Source: Myxococcota bacterium
GTDB taxonomy: Bacteria; Myxococcota_A; UBA796; CAJQPC01
DNA length: 64,000 nucleotides
Assembly: GCA_036229005.1 (NCBI GenBank)
Contig: JAZAMN010000002.1
Coordinates: 1 to 64,000 of the forward strand
Direction: 5' to 3'
In this document: one piece after another, positions 30,336 through 40,420 of the stretch
Numbering within the stretch: the first letter of the stretch is position 1
How the letters are laid out: each line of letters opens with the position of its first letter
Notes under the pieces: generated by a model
Told to the model about the DNA's origin: nothing
The model's input: only the letters and a program-made list of their open reading frames with translations
The model's database searches: none
Position numbers and translations under genes: made by a program

Positions 30336-31363
30336 CTCGCGGACAGGAAGTCGCCGAGCAGCCCACCGGGGGACAGGCGCTGTGCGGCGCTGCTGTCACC
30401 AGCCTGGAGGGCGGCCATTGCGGCGGGTGCGTTGGGGGTCTCGCCCAGGATCTCGACGGCCACCTGGCTGTCTTCGATCAGCATCGCGGCGGTCGCCCGG
30501 GCGTGCAGGAGGCCATCGGCGGGAGCCAGGCCATCCAGCTCCTCGAAGCCGGCGCGGCAGGCCGCGTACTCGTCCTCGGCGCCGGCGGCACAGTCGATGA
30601 TTGCGCGGGTCGCGCGCACCCGCCAGGCCTGACCGGGGGGCGGGAAGCTGACGGCCTCCAGCAGGTTGGAGGCCACCTGGACCTCGCCCTCGGAGGCGGC
30701 GCGGCCGGCCCAGAGCAGCAGCTCGGAGGCCTTGCGGTCGTCCTCGCCCTCGGGCATGGACATCACGACGTCCTCGACGCTCTTGACCGCGACGCCGCGG
30801 GCCCCGATCGCCCACAGGGCGTAGTTCTCGGCGAGGCCCTGCATGGAGGGGTCGTCGTGCTCCAGGAGCTCCAGGTAGGCGCTGGCCGTCTGCCCCACGC
30901 CGCCAGGGGCGGAGCTCGCGGACTGCAGCAGGGGGATGGCCTCGTCGGGCTCGGCGTCGGCCAGGTGCACCTCGGCGGCGAACACACTGCCCGCGGCGGT
31001 GCCGGAGCCCTTGGCGAGCTCCTTGGCCGTCTCGCCGTCCCCCTGAGCCATCGCGACCAGGGCGCGGCGGAGCTGAAGCTCACCGGCGCGCTCGGGGGCC
31101 AGAGCCTCGGCAGCGCTCAACAGGCTGTCGGCGCTGGCGTAGTCGCCCTCGAGCATCGCGGCGTAGGCAGCGCCCACGGCGGCGTCGACGTTCTCGGGGT
31201 TCTCGGCCAGAGCGGTCTGGTAGGCGCTGAGGCCGCCGGACAGATCTCCGCTCTGGAGCATCTGATCGGCGTCGGCCACCGCCTGTGCGCCGCCATCCCC
31301 CAAGAAGCCCTCCAGGACGGAGCATCCGCCCAGGACGGTGAGGGACAAGAGGGTCAGGATCAC
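30332..31363 (-). CDS. TPR-like lipoprotein
   Basis: GGAGG RBS, leader ending LGGC, TPR-like helices (AYQTALAENPENVDA, ALAPE). Confidence 0.78.
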   Translation of the reverse strand: MILTLLSLTVLGGCSVLEGFLGDGGAQAVADADQMLQSGDLSGGLSAYQTALAENPENVDAAVGAAYAAMLEGDYASADSLLSAAEALAPERAGELQLRRALVAMAQGDGETAKELAKGSGTAAGSVFAAEVHLADAEPDEAIPLLQSASSAPGGVGQTASAYLELLEHDDPSMQGLAENYALWAIGARGVAVKSVEDVVMSMPEGEDDRKASELLLWAGRAASEGEVQVASNLLEAVSFPPPGQAWRVRATRAIIDCAAGAEDEYAACRAGFEELDGLAPADGLLHARATAAMLIEDSQVAVEILGETPNAPAAMAALQAGDSSAAQRLSPGGLLGDFLSAR

Positions 31364-31507
31364 GAAACCTCCGAGGTGCTGGGCCTGTGACTCTACCTCA
31401 AACGCGAGGCAGGCATCGCGACAGACCCCTGGCGTCAGCCTTGCGTTCCCTGTTTCGCTGCCCCGATGGCCGCCGGCCCGCACTACACTGCGCGGTGGAG
31501 GCCGCTG

Positions 31508-34234
31508 ATGTCCCTGCTGCTGCTGATCGCCACGAACGCCAACGCCGCGACGCTCAAGGTCGGGGGGTCAGGCGCCTACAGCACCATCCAGTCCGCGGTG
31601 AACGCCGCCAGCTCCGGCGACACCATCCAGATCGCCGCGGGCACCTACAACGAGGACGTCGACACCAAGGGCAAGGACCTCTCGCTCATCGGGGCCGGCT
31701 CCGCCAAGGTCACGATCAACGCCTCGGGCAACGACTCGGCGATCACCGTCGACCAGGGCGAGAGCGTGTACCTGGAGGGCGTGACGCTCACCGGCTCCGA
31801 TCAGGGCGTCAACGTGGTCGCGTCCACCTTCGAGGGCGCCGACATCGAGATCTACGGCATGACCGGCGACTCCGCGGGCGGCGGCTTCCTGATCTCCAAG
31901 GGCGCCGCGGTGGACGTGAGCGACTGCCTGGTGCGGGGCATCTCGGTGGGCAACAGCGCCTACGGCGGCGCCGTGTTCCTCTCCGAGTCCACCGCCAGCT
32001 TCAGCTCCTGCACCTTCAAGAACAACGACAGCTACCAGGGCGGCGGACTCTATGTGACCGCCTCCACCATCGAGCTGACCGACTGCATCATCAAAGGCAA
32101 CAGCTCCACCCTCAAGGGCGGCGGGCTCCAGCTCCGGCAGGGCAGCGACGCCACGCTCCTGCGCACCGAGGTCTCCGCGAACGAGAGCGACGACCAGGGC
32201 GGCGGCGTCAACATCGAGGACAGCGACCTGAGCTGCCAGAACTGCAGCGTGCTGGACAACATCGCCGGCAGCTCCGGCGGCGGCGTCGCGGTGGACGGCG
32301 CGCTCTCCGCGGGCACCACCTTCTCGGGCAAGAACTCGGTGATCAGCGGCAACCAGTCCGTTGGCGCGGGCGGCGGGCTCTACGTCTGGGACGCCAAGCT
32401 GACCCTGAGCGGGGAGCTCTCCGACAACAGCATCAGCGGCGACGGCAAGGGCGCGGGCCTCTACTACGGCAAGGCCAAGCTCACCCTGACGGACCTGGAT
32501 GTGTCGGGGCACAGCGCTGGAGACGGCGGCGCCATCTTCGTGTCCTCCACCGCGACCAAGGTCGTGGCCAGCGGCGGCACCTGGTCCGACAACAGCTCGA
32601 GCTCCGACGGCGGCGCGCTCTACAGCGGGGCCCCCCTGGAGCTGACCGACACCGTCGTCCAGAACAACAGCGCGGTCGGCGCCGGCGGCGGGATCTTCGT
32701 GGACTCCCAGACCACCACCGTGGACGGCGCCACCTTCACCGGCAACAGCGCGACCAAGGATGGCGGCGGGCTCAAGGTCTACAAGGCCGAGGCCACCGTC
32801 AAGACCAGCAGCTTCCTGGGCAACACCGCCCCCATCGGCGCCGGCTACTACCACCACGCGGTCAGCGTCGCGAGCTCCAAGGCCACCGTGATCAGCTGCA
32901 CCTTCGACGGCAACAGCGCGTCCACGCGGGGCGGCGGCCTGTCCATCGAGAGCGCCTCCGCCGCCAAGGTCACCCTGAGCACCTTCAAGGGGAACAGCAG
33001 CGACGGCCTCTACATCAGCGGCACCAGCAACCCCGTGCTCCTGGACGACAACTTCAAGAGCAACGTGGGCAGCGGCCTTGTCCTCGACAACACCACGGGG
33101 GGCCGGGGTGAGCGGCTCAAGGCCCAGGGCAACAGCGGTGTGGGCGCGACCCTGGGGAGCACCAAGAACTTCACCCTCTACAACTCCGTGTTCGACGGAA
33201 ACGGCGACACCGGCCTGGAGATCCTGGCCCCCTCCGCCGGCAACAGCATCCAGAACAGCGATCTGGTGGACAACGGCGGACACGGCCTGGAGGTGCTCTC
33301 CGGCAGCGACATCGAGGTCCTCAACTGCATCGCCGCCTACAACGTCGACGACGGCTTCGGCGGATCCAACAACGGCGGCGCGGTGACCTACAGCGACGCC
33401 TACGGGAACGGCGGCAGCAACTTCGCCAGCGTGTTCTCCGGCGGGACGGGGCAGCTCACCAAGGATCCCCAATACACCGGGTTCTCCGACGACGGAAACC
33501 CCAACAACAACATCCTGTTCCTGGGGAGCAGCTCCCCCTGCCGGGACAAGGGCGACCCCAGCATCTCCGACACCGACGGCTCCCGCAGCGACATGGGCGC
33601 GTTCGGCGGCCCGGAGGCCAGCGACAAGGACTCCGACGGCGACGGCTACAAGCCCTCCGACGGCGACTGCGACGAGTCCGACGCCAGCGTCTACCCCGGC
33701 GCGCCCGAGACCTGGTACGACGGCATCGACAGCGACTGCGCAGGCGACGATGACTTCGACCGGGACGGCGACGGCTACCGCCACGAGGACTCCGGCGTGG
33801 CCGCCAGCAAGGTCGACTGCAACGACCGCGACAAGAGCGTGCACCCCGGCGCAGAGGACGTCCCCGGAGACGGCGTGGACAGCGACTGCGATGGCGCCGA
33901 CGGCGAAGACACCGGAGGCCCCGACGACACCGGAGACACCGGGAGCGGCAGCGTCGACGACACCGGCGAGCCCGGCTGGTGGGTAGACGCGGACGGTGAC
34001 GGCTACGCGCCCAGCCAGGGCGACTGCAACGACGCGGAGATCGGGGTCTCCCCCGGCGTGGACGAGGTCTGCGACGACGGCGTGGACAACGACTGCGACG
34101 GCGACATCGACAAGTACGACGCGGCCTGCTTCGGCGACGCGAGCTGCGGTGGCTGCAACGGCGGCGCGGCCGGGGGCGCCATGTGGGTGTTCAGCCTGCT
34201 GCTCCTGGGCATCGGTCGTCGCCGCAGGGACTGA
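31508..34234 (+). CDS. Surface protein: right-handed beta-helix repeats, MopE-type Cys/Asp repeats, MYXO-CTERM-like sorting signal
   Basis: YSTIQSAV..GDTI..GTY; many N.A..GGG(L/I) repeats; DGSRSDMGAFGG; DxDGDG..DC..PGA.E..DG.D.DC repeats; C-terminal CGGC, TM and RRRRD. Confidence 0.88.
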   Translation: MSLLLLIATNANAATLKVGGSGAYSTIQSAVNAASSGDTIQIAAGTYNEDVDTKGKDLSLIGAGSAKVTINASGNDSAITVDQGESVYLEGVTLTGSDQGVNVVASTFEGADIEIYGMTGDSAGGGFLISKGAAVDVSDCLVRGISVGNSAYGGAVFLSESTASFSSCTFKNNDSYQGGGLYVTASTIELTDCIIKGNSSTLKGGGLQLRQGSDATLLRTEVSANESDDQGGGVNIEDSDLSCQNCSVLDNIAGSSGGGVAVDGALSAGTTFSGKNSVISGNQSVGAGGGLYVWDAKLTLSGELSDNSISGDGKGAGLYYGKAKLTLTDLDVSGHSAGDGGAIFVSSTATKVVASGGTWSDNSSSSDGGALYSGAPLELTDTVVQNNSAVGAGGGIFVDSQTTTVDGATFTGNSATKDGGGLKVYKAEATVKTSSFLGNTAPIGAGYYHHAVSVASSKATVISCTFDGNSASTRGGGLSIESASAAKVTLSTFKGNSSDGLYISGTSNPVLLDDNFKSNVGSGLVLDNTTGGRGERLKAQGNSGVGATLGSTKNFTLYNSVFDGNGDTGLEILAPSAGNSIQNSDLVDNGGHGLEVLSGSDIEVLNCIAAYNVDDGFGGSNNGGAVTYSDAYGNGGSNFASVFSGGTGQLTKDPQYTGFSDDGNPNNNILFLGSSSPCRDKGDPSISDTDGSRSDMGAFGGPEASDKDSDGDGYKPSDGDCDESDASVYPGAPETWYDGIDSDCAGDDDFDRDGDGYRHEDSGVAASKVDCNDRDKSVHPGAEDVPGDGVDSDCDGADGEDTGGPDDTGDTGSGSVDDTGEPGWWVDADGDGYAPSQGDCNDAEIGVSPGVDEVCDDGVDNDCDGDIDKYDAACFGDASCGGCNGGAAGGAMWVFSLLLLGIGRRRRD
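33623..34130 (+). repeat. Three MopE-type (putative metal-binding) repeats
   Basis: DSDGDGY..DCDESDASVYPGAPE..DGIDSDC; DRDGDGY..DCNDRDKSVHPGAED..DGVDSDCDG; DADGDGY..DCNDAEIGVSPGVDEVCDDGVDNDCDG. Confidence 0.85.
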
Positions 34235-34239
34235 CTCCC

Positions 34240-35829
34240 CTACTCCACCGCCTCCAGCGCGGCCCGGATGCTCTTCTCGCCCACATAGGGCGTCGCGGCC
34301 AGCTCCTGGACCGTGCCAAAGGGCCGCTTCTCCAGCAGCACGTTGACCCCGCGGGAGTAGATCCCCGCCGCCCGCAGCTCCTGCTCGGTGGCCCCGTTGA
34401 CCCACACCAGCAGCGCCTGCGCCTGCCCCGAACTCATGGCCACGCCGTCCACGAACATCAGCGTGTCCTCGGCTGCGGGCTCGGGCTCTGGGGAGTGTGT
34501 GGGGGTCGGGTTCTGAGGAGGTGGGGGCGGGGTGGTGGTCACGCTGCCAGTCCTCACCTCCTCTGCCTCTGCTGGCGCCCGCACCACCTCTACAACCCCG
34601 GCATCCACGAGGACAGGCTGAGGCGGACCCGGCTCCTCCAGCTCAGGCTCCTCCAGCTCTGGGGGCTCCGGCTCCGGATCTGGCTGCTGCGCTGGCTCGG
34701 GCACCGGCGGCACCGAGTCCTGGGGCGCGGGGACGGACGGCTCGGGGAGCACCTCGACCACGGCGGGGGTCTCTGGGATGGGCTCCGGGCGGAGCAAGCG
34801 CCACCCGGCCTGGCCCAAGATCAGCAGGCCCCCCAGACCCGCCACCACCAGCAGCAGGCCGCTCACGCCCTTGTTGGGACGGGCAGGCGGCCCAGGCGCG
34901 GCGGGGATCTGATCGGGGGGATGCGCTGGCGTGCGCTGGGGGCTGACGGAGACCACCCAGGCCTCCAGGACCTCGGCCAGCTCCTGGGCGGTCTCGAAGC
35001 GCTGCTCGGGCTCCTTGGCCAGGCAGCGGCGTACGATGTCCTCCAGCTCCGGGGCCACCCGCACCTTTGGGGCGCGCTCGATCATCCGGGGCACAGGCTC
35101 GCGCAGGTGCTTGATGGCGATCGCCATGGGGTTGTCGGCGGTGAAGGGGAGCTGCCCGCAGAGCATCCGGTAGAGCACCACCCCCAGGCTGTAGATGTCC
35201 GCGCGGTGGTCCAGGTCCTCCAGGCCCTTGGCCTGCTCGGGCGCGATGTAGTGCGGTGTGCCCAGGAAGCTGCCCACGCCTGAGATGCTGGACTGCGTGC
35301 CCTCCTTGACCAGCCCGAAGTCCAGGAGGCGGGCGCGCTCGATGCCCTCGTCGTCGGCGACCAGGAAGATGTTCCCGGGCTTCACGTCCCGGTGGACCAG
35401 GCCCCGCACGTGCGCGTGGTGGAGTCCTCGGGCGATCTCCGCGGCGATCCGGGCGGCCGTCACGGGCTCGATGGGGGCGGTGCGGAGCATCCGGCGCAGG
35501 CTGCGTCCCCGAAGCAGCTCCATGACCAGGAAGCAGTCCCCGTCTTCGGTGCGGCCAAAGTCGTGGACCGTCACCACGGCCGGGTGGCTCAGGCGGCCGG
35601 CGAGCGCGGCCTCCCGCAGGAAGCGCTGCTCGAACTCCAGGCGCAGGTCCTCGTCCAGGTCCGGGCGCACCAGCTTGAGCGCGACCTGACGCTCCAGGGG
35701 GTGCTGGATCGCCCGGTACACGCGGGAGGTGCCGCCCTGGCCGAGCTGCGAGAGGACCTCATAGCGGCCCAGGAGCACCCGCCCGATGGTGGGATCCCGC
35801 GTCGGTCGCGTTGGTGGAGAGGAAGCCAC
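34240..35829 (-). CDS. Membrane Ser/Thr protein kinase with C-terminal HhH (ComEA-like) domain
   Basis: LGQGG, VALK, HRDVKPGN, DFGL, GTPHYIAPE, DIYSLG; one TM; Pro/Glu linker; terminal VNGATEQEL..RPFGTVQEL..PYVGEK. Confidence 0.93.
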   Translation of the reverse strand: MASSPPTRPTRDPTIGRVLLGRYEVLSQLGQGGTSRVYRAIQHPLERQVALKLVRPDLDEDLRLEFEQRFLREAALAGRLSHPAVVTVHDFGRTEDGDCFLVMELLRGRSLRRMLRTAPIEPVTAARIAAEIARGLHHAHVRGLVHRDVKPGNIFLVADDEGIERARLLDFGLVKEGTQSSISGVGSFLGTPHYIAPEQAKGLEDLDHRADIYSLGVVLYRMLCGQLPFTADNPMAIAIKHLREPVPRMIERAPKVRVAPELEDIVRRCLAKEPEQRFETAQELAEVLEAWVVSVSPQRTPAHPPDQIPAAPGPPARPNKGVSGLLLVVAGLGGLLILGQAGWRLLRPEPIPETPAVVEVLPEPSVPAPQDSVPPVPEPAQQPDPEPEPPELEEPELEEPGPPQPVLVDAGVVEVVRAPAEAEEVRTGSVTTTPPPPPQNPTPTHSPEPEPAAEDTLMFVDGVAMSSGQAQALLVWVNGATEQELRAAGIYSRGVNVLLEKRPFGTVQELAATPYVGEKSIRAALEAVE

Positions 35830-35883
35830 GAAGGGACATTAGCCCTGGGTGCCCCACCCCGCCCAAGGCAAGTCCGTGAACCC

Positions 35884-36447
35884 CTACTGCTCGGGGAGCA
35901 GGGCCATGCCCAGAGCGCGCATGAGCTGATCCTCCTCGGCGTCGGCCTGGGCCTTGAAGTCCACCTGCACGTAGTCGCGGTCGTCCAGGTTCTGGCCGCT
36001 GCCCTCCTGGATCCCCAGCGCGGCGAGGGCGTCGCGGAAGGCGGGGTCGTCCGGGTAGCAGTGGATCATGCCGAGCTCATCCAGCACGAGCTGCTCGCGC
36101 ATGCGGCCGCGCACCCAGAGTTGGTGGCGGGCGTCGGCGTAGATCAGGGTGCGGTTGGCCGAGAGCACCGCGCCGACCAGGTCGACGGGCTTCTCCATGG
36201 CCAGGAAGCGCTTGGGGGCCGGGTGCTGCTTGCCGGCGCGGCGGTCCACCATCTGGACGTAGAGCACGCCCACGGGGCCGTCCATGGCGCGCAGCAGGGC
36301 CTGGTGGGTGGCCTCCAGGCGCTCGGGGGGCACCGACACGGAGATCCGGGTCTGGCCGACGTCGTTGAGATCCGCGCGGAAGAAGGTCTCGGGCACGAAG
36401 CCGTCGGGGCTGCCGTCCTGGGTGACGGAGCGGGCCTTGGGGGTCAC
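35884..36447 (-). CDS. Hypothetical protein
   Basis: GTG start overlaps the upstream stop (GTGA); globular-looking 187 aa. Confidence 0.7.
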   Translation of the reverse strand: MTPKARSVTQDGSPDGFVPETFFRADLNDVGQTRISVSVPPERLEATHQALLRAMDGPVGVLYVQMVDRRAGKQHPAPKRFLAMEKPVDLVGAVLSANRTLIYADARHQLWVRGRMREQLVLDELGMIHCYPDDPAFRDALAALGIQEGSGQNLDDRDYVQVDFKAQADAEEDQLMRALGMALLPEQ

Positions 36448-37004
36448 TTGCTCTCCGGGAGCTGGGTGAGGGCCCAGCGGGCGTGGGCGCGCCAGGCGGG
36501 GTTTGCTGCGGGGTTGCCCTCGACCAGGGTGTAGGCCTGCCGGGCGGTGGCCCACATGGGGGCCTGGATCTCCGCGATGTGCGCACGGTGCGCCTTGGGC
36601 TGCGCTCCGACCGGCGGCGGGACCTGATCCAGCACCCCGGCCGCCAGTCGGTTGGCGTCGGCCGCCCGGATCCGGCACAGCGGCTCCAGGCTCTGGTCTG
36701 TGGCGCACTCCTTGAGGGTGATCGCGATGGTGTCCGCGGTCTTGAGGGCGCGCTGCGCGTACTCCAGCCGGGCGTCGTAGCTGGGGTTGTCGGAGGGCGT
36801 CAGGGCCTGCCCCTCCAGGCTGGCCAGGAGCTGTTCGGCCTGGATCAGCGCGTGGTGTGCGGGGCTGCTGGGCGCGTCGAAGGGGTGGCCGGCGCCCAGG
36901 GGCAGCGGCCGCAGATCGGGCGAGGCGTCCTCTCGCTCGACGACGGACCACCCCTCGGTGGGAGAGGCCTGGGTCAGCAAGAGGGGGAGCAGGAGCCAGT
37001 TCAT
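36444..37004 (-). CDS. Exported hypothetical protein
   Basis: Short signal-like leader MNWLLLPLLLTQA; helical body with a Cys pair. Confidence 0.65.
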   Translation of the reverse strand: MNWLLLPLLLTQASPTEGWSVVEREDASPDLRPLPLGAGHPFDAPSSPAHHALIQAEQLLASLEGQALTPSDNPSYDARLEYAQRALKTADTIAITLKECATDQSLEPLCRIRAADANRLAAGVLDQVPPPVGAQPKAHRAHIAEIQAPMWATARQAYTLVEGNPAANPAWRAHARWALTQLPESK

Positions 37005-37013
37005 CGCCCCCTG

Positions 37014-39236
37014 CTAACCGGCGCTGGCGCCCTCAGCCGCCAGGGCGATGCCCACGGCCTCCAGGAGCTGGACCGGCGCGAAGGGCTTGGAGAGGAAGTG
37101 TGTGCCCGCCTGCAGGACCCCGTGGTGCACCACCGTGTTCTCCGTGTACCCCGAGACGTAGAGCGCCTTGAGGGGATGCCCCTCCGCCGCGAGGGCGTCG
37201 ATCATGTCCTTCCCGCTCATCTGCGGCATCACCACGTCGGTGAGCACCAGGTCCACGGGCACGCCCGAGCGCACGATGGCCAGGGCCTCCAGCGGGCCGT
37301 TCGCCGCGATGGGTCGGTAGCCTCCCCGCCCCAGGACCTCCACCACCAGGCGCCGCAGGCCCGGGTCATCCTCGACCACCAGCACGCGCTCTCCGGCTGA
37401 TGGGCGCGGCTGCACAGGCTCCGCCTCGATGGCGTCCGCGGCTCCCTCTGTGTGCACCGGCAGGTAGATCTTGAAGGAGCTGCCGCGGCCTGGCTCGCTG
37501 TAGACCCAGATGTGCCCGCCGCTCTGCCGCACGATGCCGAACACCGTCGCCAGCCCCAGGCCGGTCCCCCGCCCCACCGCCTTGGTGGTGAAGAAGGGCT
37601 CGAAGATGTGCCGCTGGGTCTCCGCGTCCATGCCCACCCCGTTGTCCGAGACCGTGAGCAGCAGGTAGGGCCCCGGCACCACCTCGCTGTGGGTGCGCGC
37701 GTATTCCTCGTCCAGGACCACCCGCTGGGTCTCCAGAACGACCACGCCGCCGTCAGGCATCGCGTCCCTGGCGTTGATCAGCAAGTTGAGCACCACCTGC
37801 TCCAGGCGCCCCGGGTCCACGCGGGTCAGCGCCCCCAGCTCGCCCAGCTCCACGCGCAGGTCCACGTCGGCGCCCAGCAGCCGGCTGGCGATCCGCTCCA
37901 GCTTGCTGACGCTCTCGTTCAGGTCCAGGGGGCGTGGCCGCAGCACCTGCCGCCGGGAGAAGGCCAGCAGCTCCGAGGTCAGCCGCCCCGCGCTCTCAGC
38001 CGCCCGGTGGATGTCCTCCAGGTACTCGTCGGCTGTGGGCGCGTCCGGTCCGTCCTCGCGCAGCAGGTACAGGGAGCTCTGGATCACCGACAGCAGGTTG
38101 TTGAAGTCGTGCGCCACCCCGCCGGCCAGGCGACCGACCGCCTCCAGCTTCTGGGAGTGCAGGAGCTGCGCCTCCAGCTCCAGCTTCTCGCTGAGATCCC
38201 GCGCCTGCACCGAGATGAAGCTCTCCAGCCAGGGCAGATCCGCCGGGTGTAGCTGCAGGACCACCGAACAGGGGATCACGCCCTCCGGGCCCCGAAGGTC
38301 CAGATCGCCCTCCCAGACGCCGCTCTCCTCCAGCCCCGGCAGCAGCGCCTGCACGAGCTGCTCGATGCCTGAGCTGGGCAGCAGATCACAGATCCGCAGC
38401 GCATCCACCGACTGCCCCGGGGCCAGCCCCAGGCTCTTGCGCCCCGAGGCGTTCGCGTAGAGCAGCGTCCCATCCCGCCGCGCCAGCGCGACCACGTCCG
38501 GAGAGGACTCCAAGGCCGCCGAGAGGCGCCGCTGCCGATTCTGGACCAGCACCTCGTCCGTCACGTCCTTGGTCGAGCCCACCGTGCGCAGGACCCGGCG
38601 CTCCCCATCTTCGCCCTCGCCAAAGTAGGACCAGCCCACGCTGTGCACCCAGCGCATCTGGCCGTCCGGCCCCCAGGACCGGTTGGTGTGGTCAAAGCGC
38701 CCGTTCCCCGTCGGCGAGTGCGCAGCAGCCACCGCAGCCACGAAGCTCTCCCGGTCCGCCTCCACCACGCAGGCCGTGAAGTCCGGCACCTGCAGGTCCA
38801 CCTTGTCGCCCAGGCCAAAGTGCTCCCGCGTCGCCTCGGAGGCGTAGACCTGGTCGCTCACGTGGTCATGCTCGTAGATCCCGATCTCCCGCCCCTCCAC
38901 CGCCTGCTCCAGGCGCCGGAGCTGGATGGCGTCCGAGGCCGCCGGGCTCACCCCCACCGAGATCAGCGCTCGCCCCTCCAAGCCATCCGGGAAGGAGGCC
39001 CAGAAGCTGGCCCGGAAGGTGGAGTTCCGGCACAGCAGAGCCAGCTCTCCACCCTGCTCCGGCAGGTCCTCGACCCACCCGCTCAGCTCCCTGCGTTCAG
39101 CGGGGGTCAGCAGCCGAGAGAGGTGGGGACCGAGGAGGGACTGGGCCGCTTCATTCATCCACCCCACACCCTCTGGCCCCCAGACCAGGTGTGCCAAGGG
39201 GTGACTGCGCAGCAAAGCGAGGACATCAGTGCTCAT
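37014..39236 (-). CDS. PAS-domain hybrid sensor histidine kinase/response regulator
   Basis: PAS/PAC motifs, [43 protein letters not shown]-terminal REC (LTDVVMP, KPF). Confidence 0.95.
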   Translation of the reverse strand: MSTDVLALLRSHPLAHLVWGPEGVGWMNEAAQSLLGPHLSRLLTPAERRELSGWVEDLPEQGGELALLCRNSTFRASFWASFPDGLEGRALISVGVSPAASDAIQLRRLEQAVEGREIGIYEHDHVSDQVYASEATREHFGLGDKVDLQVPDFTACVVEADRESFVAAVAAAHSPTGNGRFDHTNRSWGPDGQMRWVHSVGWSYFGEGEDGERRVLRTVGSTKDVTDEVLVQNRQRRLSAALESSPDVVALARRDGTLLYANASGRKSLGLAPGQSVDALRICDLLPSSGIEQLVQALLPGLEESGVWEGDLDLRGPEGVIPCSVVLQLHPADLPWLESFISVQARDLSEKLELEAQLLHSQKLEAVGRLAGGVAHDFNNLLSVIQSSLYLLREDGPDAPTADEYLEDIHRAAESAGRLTSELLAFSRRQVLRPRPLDLNESVSKLERIASRLLGADVDLRVELGELGALTRVDPGRLEQVVLNLLINARDAMPDGGVVVLETQRVVLDEEYARTHSEVVPGPYLLLTVSDNGVGMDAETQRHIFEPFFTTKAVGRGTGLGLATVFGIVRQSGGHIWVYSEPGRGSSFKIYLPVHTEGAADAIEAEPVQPRPSAGERVLVVEDDPGLRRLVVEVLGRGGYRPIAANGPLEALAIVRSGVPVDLVLTDVVMPQMSGKDMIDALAAEGHPLKALYVSGYTENTVVHHGVLQAGTHFLSKPFAPVQLLEAVGIALAAEGASAG

Positions 39237-39312
39237 ACGGGAAAGACCCTACACCAACCTCAAGGGCCCGGAGACCTTGACGCGGTCGGTGCCACAGGAA
39301 AGAAAGAGGCCC

Positions 39313-40374
39313 ATGTGGTCCACCTCCTACAGCGTGGGCGCGGTCACCGTGTCCCCCAACATTGTCCTGGCCCCCATGGAGGGGGTCACCGACCTCACCT
39401 TCCGGCGCCTGGTGCGGCAGATCGGCGGCGTCGGCCTGACCTGCACCGAGTTCGTCCCTGGGGCAGGGCTCCAGCGCGGCGACGACCGCGTGCGCAAGAT
39501 GGTCGAGTTCGACGCCGACGAGCGCCCCATCTCCATCCAGCTCTACGGCAAAGACCCCGCGCAGATGGCCGAGGGCGCCAAGGTGGTCCAGGACCTGGGC
39601 GCCGACATCTGCGACATCAACATGGGCTGCCCCTCCAAGAAGGTCTGCCAGAACTCCGGCGGCAGCGCCCTGATGCGCGAGCCCGAGCTGGTGCGGCAGA
39701 TCGTCCGGGCCGTCGTGGGCGCCGTGGACATCCCCGTCACCGTCAAGATGCGCTCCGGCTTCGACCACGCGCAGCGCAACGCCCCTGAGATCGGCTGGAT
39801 CGCGCAGGAGGAGGGCGCCCAGGCCGTCGCCATCCACTGGCGCACCCGCGCCGACCGCTACTCCGGCGAGCGCGCCATCGACAAGATCGCCGAGACCAAG
39901 GCCCGCCTCTCCATCCCCGTGCTGGCCAACGGCGACATCGTGGACATCGCCTCCGCCCAGGCCATGTTCCAGGACACCGGCTGCGACGGCATCCTCATCG
40001 GCCGCGGAGCCATCCGGAACCCTTGGCTGCCCCTGCAGATCGCCCAGTGGCAGGCCGGCCAGCCCCCAATCGTCGTGGATGCCAGCGAGCGCGAGCGCGT
40101 GATGCTCGGCTACTTCGACGCCATCACCGAGGCCTTCGGGGGCAGCGAGAAGGGTGCGCTGGGGCGCTTCAAGATGCTCGCCAACCAGTACTGCCGCGGG
40201 CTCCCCGGGGGGCGGGAGTTCAAGAAGTTCGTGCTGCACAGCATGGATGGGCCCACCGCCCGGGCTCAGGTCCACCGCTACTTCGATCTGCTGCGCCGGC
40301 ACGAGTCCGGCGAGGACGGGGTGTTCGCGGACTACAAGGCCCCCAAGTGGGAGCGCAAGAAGAAGGCCGGGTAA
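39313..40374 (+). CDS. dusB: tRNA-dihydrouridine synthase (DusB-like)
   Basis: LAPMEGVTD, DINMGCP.KKV..GGSALM, PVTVKMR, ANGDI, IGRGAIRNPW. Confidence 0.92.
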   Translation: MWSTSYSVGAVTVSPNIVLAPMEGVTDLTFRRLVRQIGGVGLTCTEFVPGAGLQRGDDRVRKMVEFDADERPISIQLYGKDPAQMAEGAKVVQDLGADICDINMGCPSKKVCQNSGGSALMREPELVRQIVRAVVGAVDIPVTVKMRSGFDHAQRNAPEIGWIAQEEGAQAVAIHWRTRADRYSGERAIDKIAETKARLSIPVLANGDIVDIASAQAMFQDTGCDGILIGRGAIRNPWLPLQIAQWQAGQPPIVVDASERERVMLGYFDAITEAFGGSEKGALGRFKMLANQYCRGLPGGREFKKFVLHSMDGPTARAQVHRYFDLLRRHESGEDGVFADYKAPKWERKKKAG

Positions 40375-40420
40375 GGCTTTCAGCCGCCGCGCGGGCCAGG
40401 TGCCCCCCTATACTCCGCCC

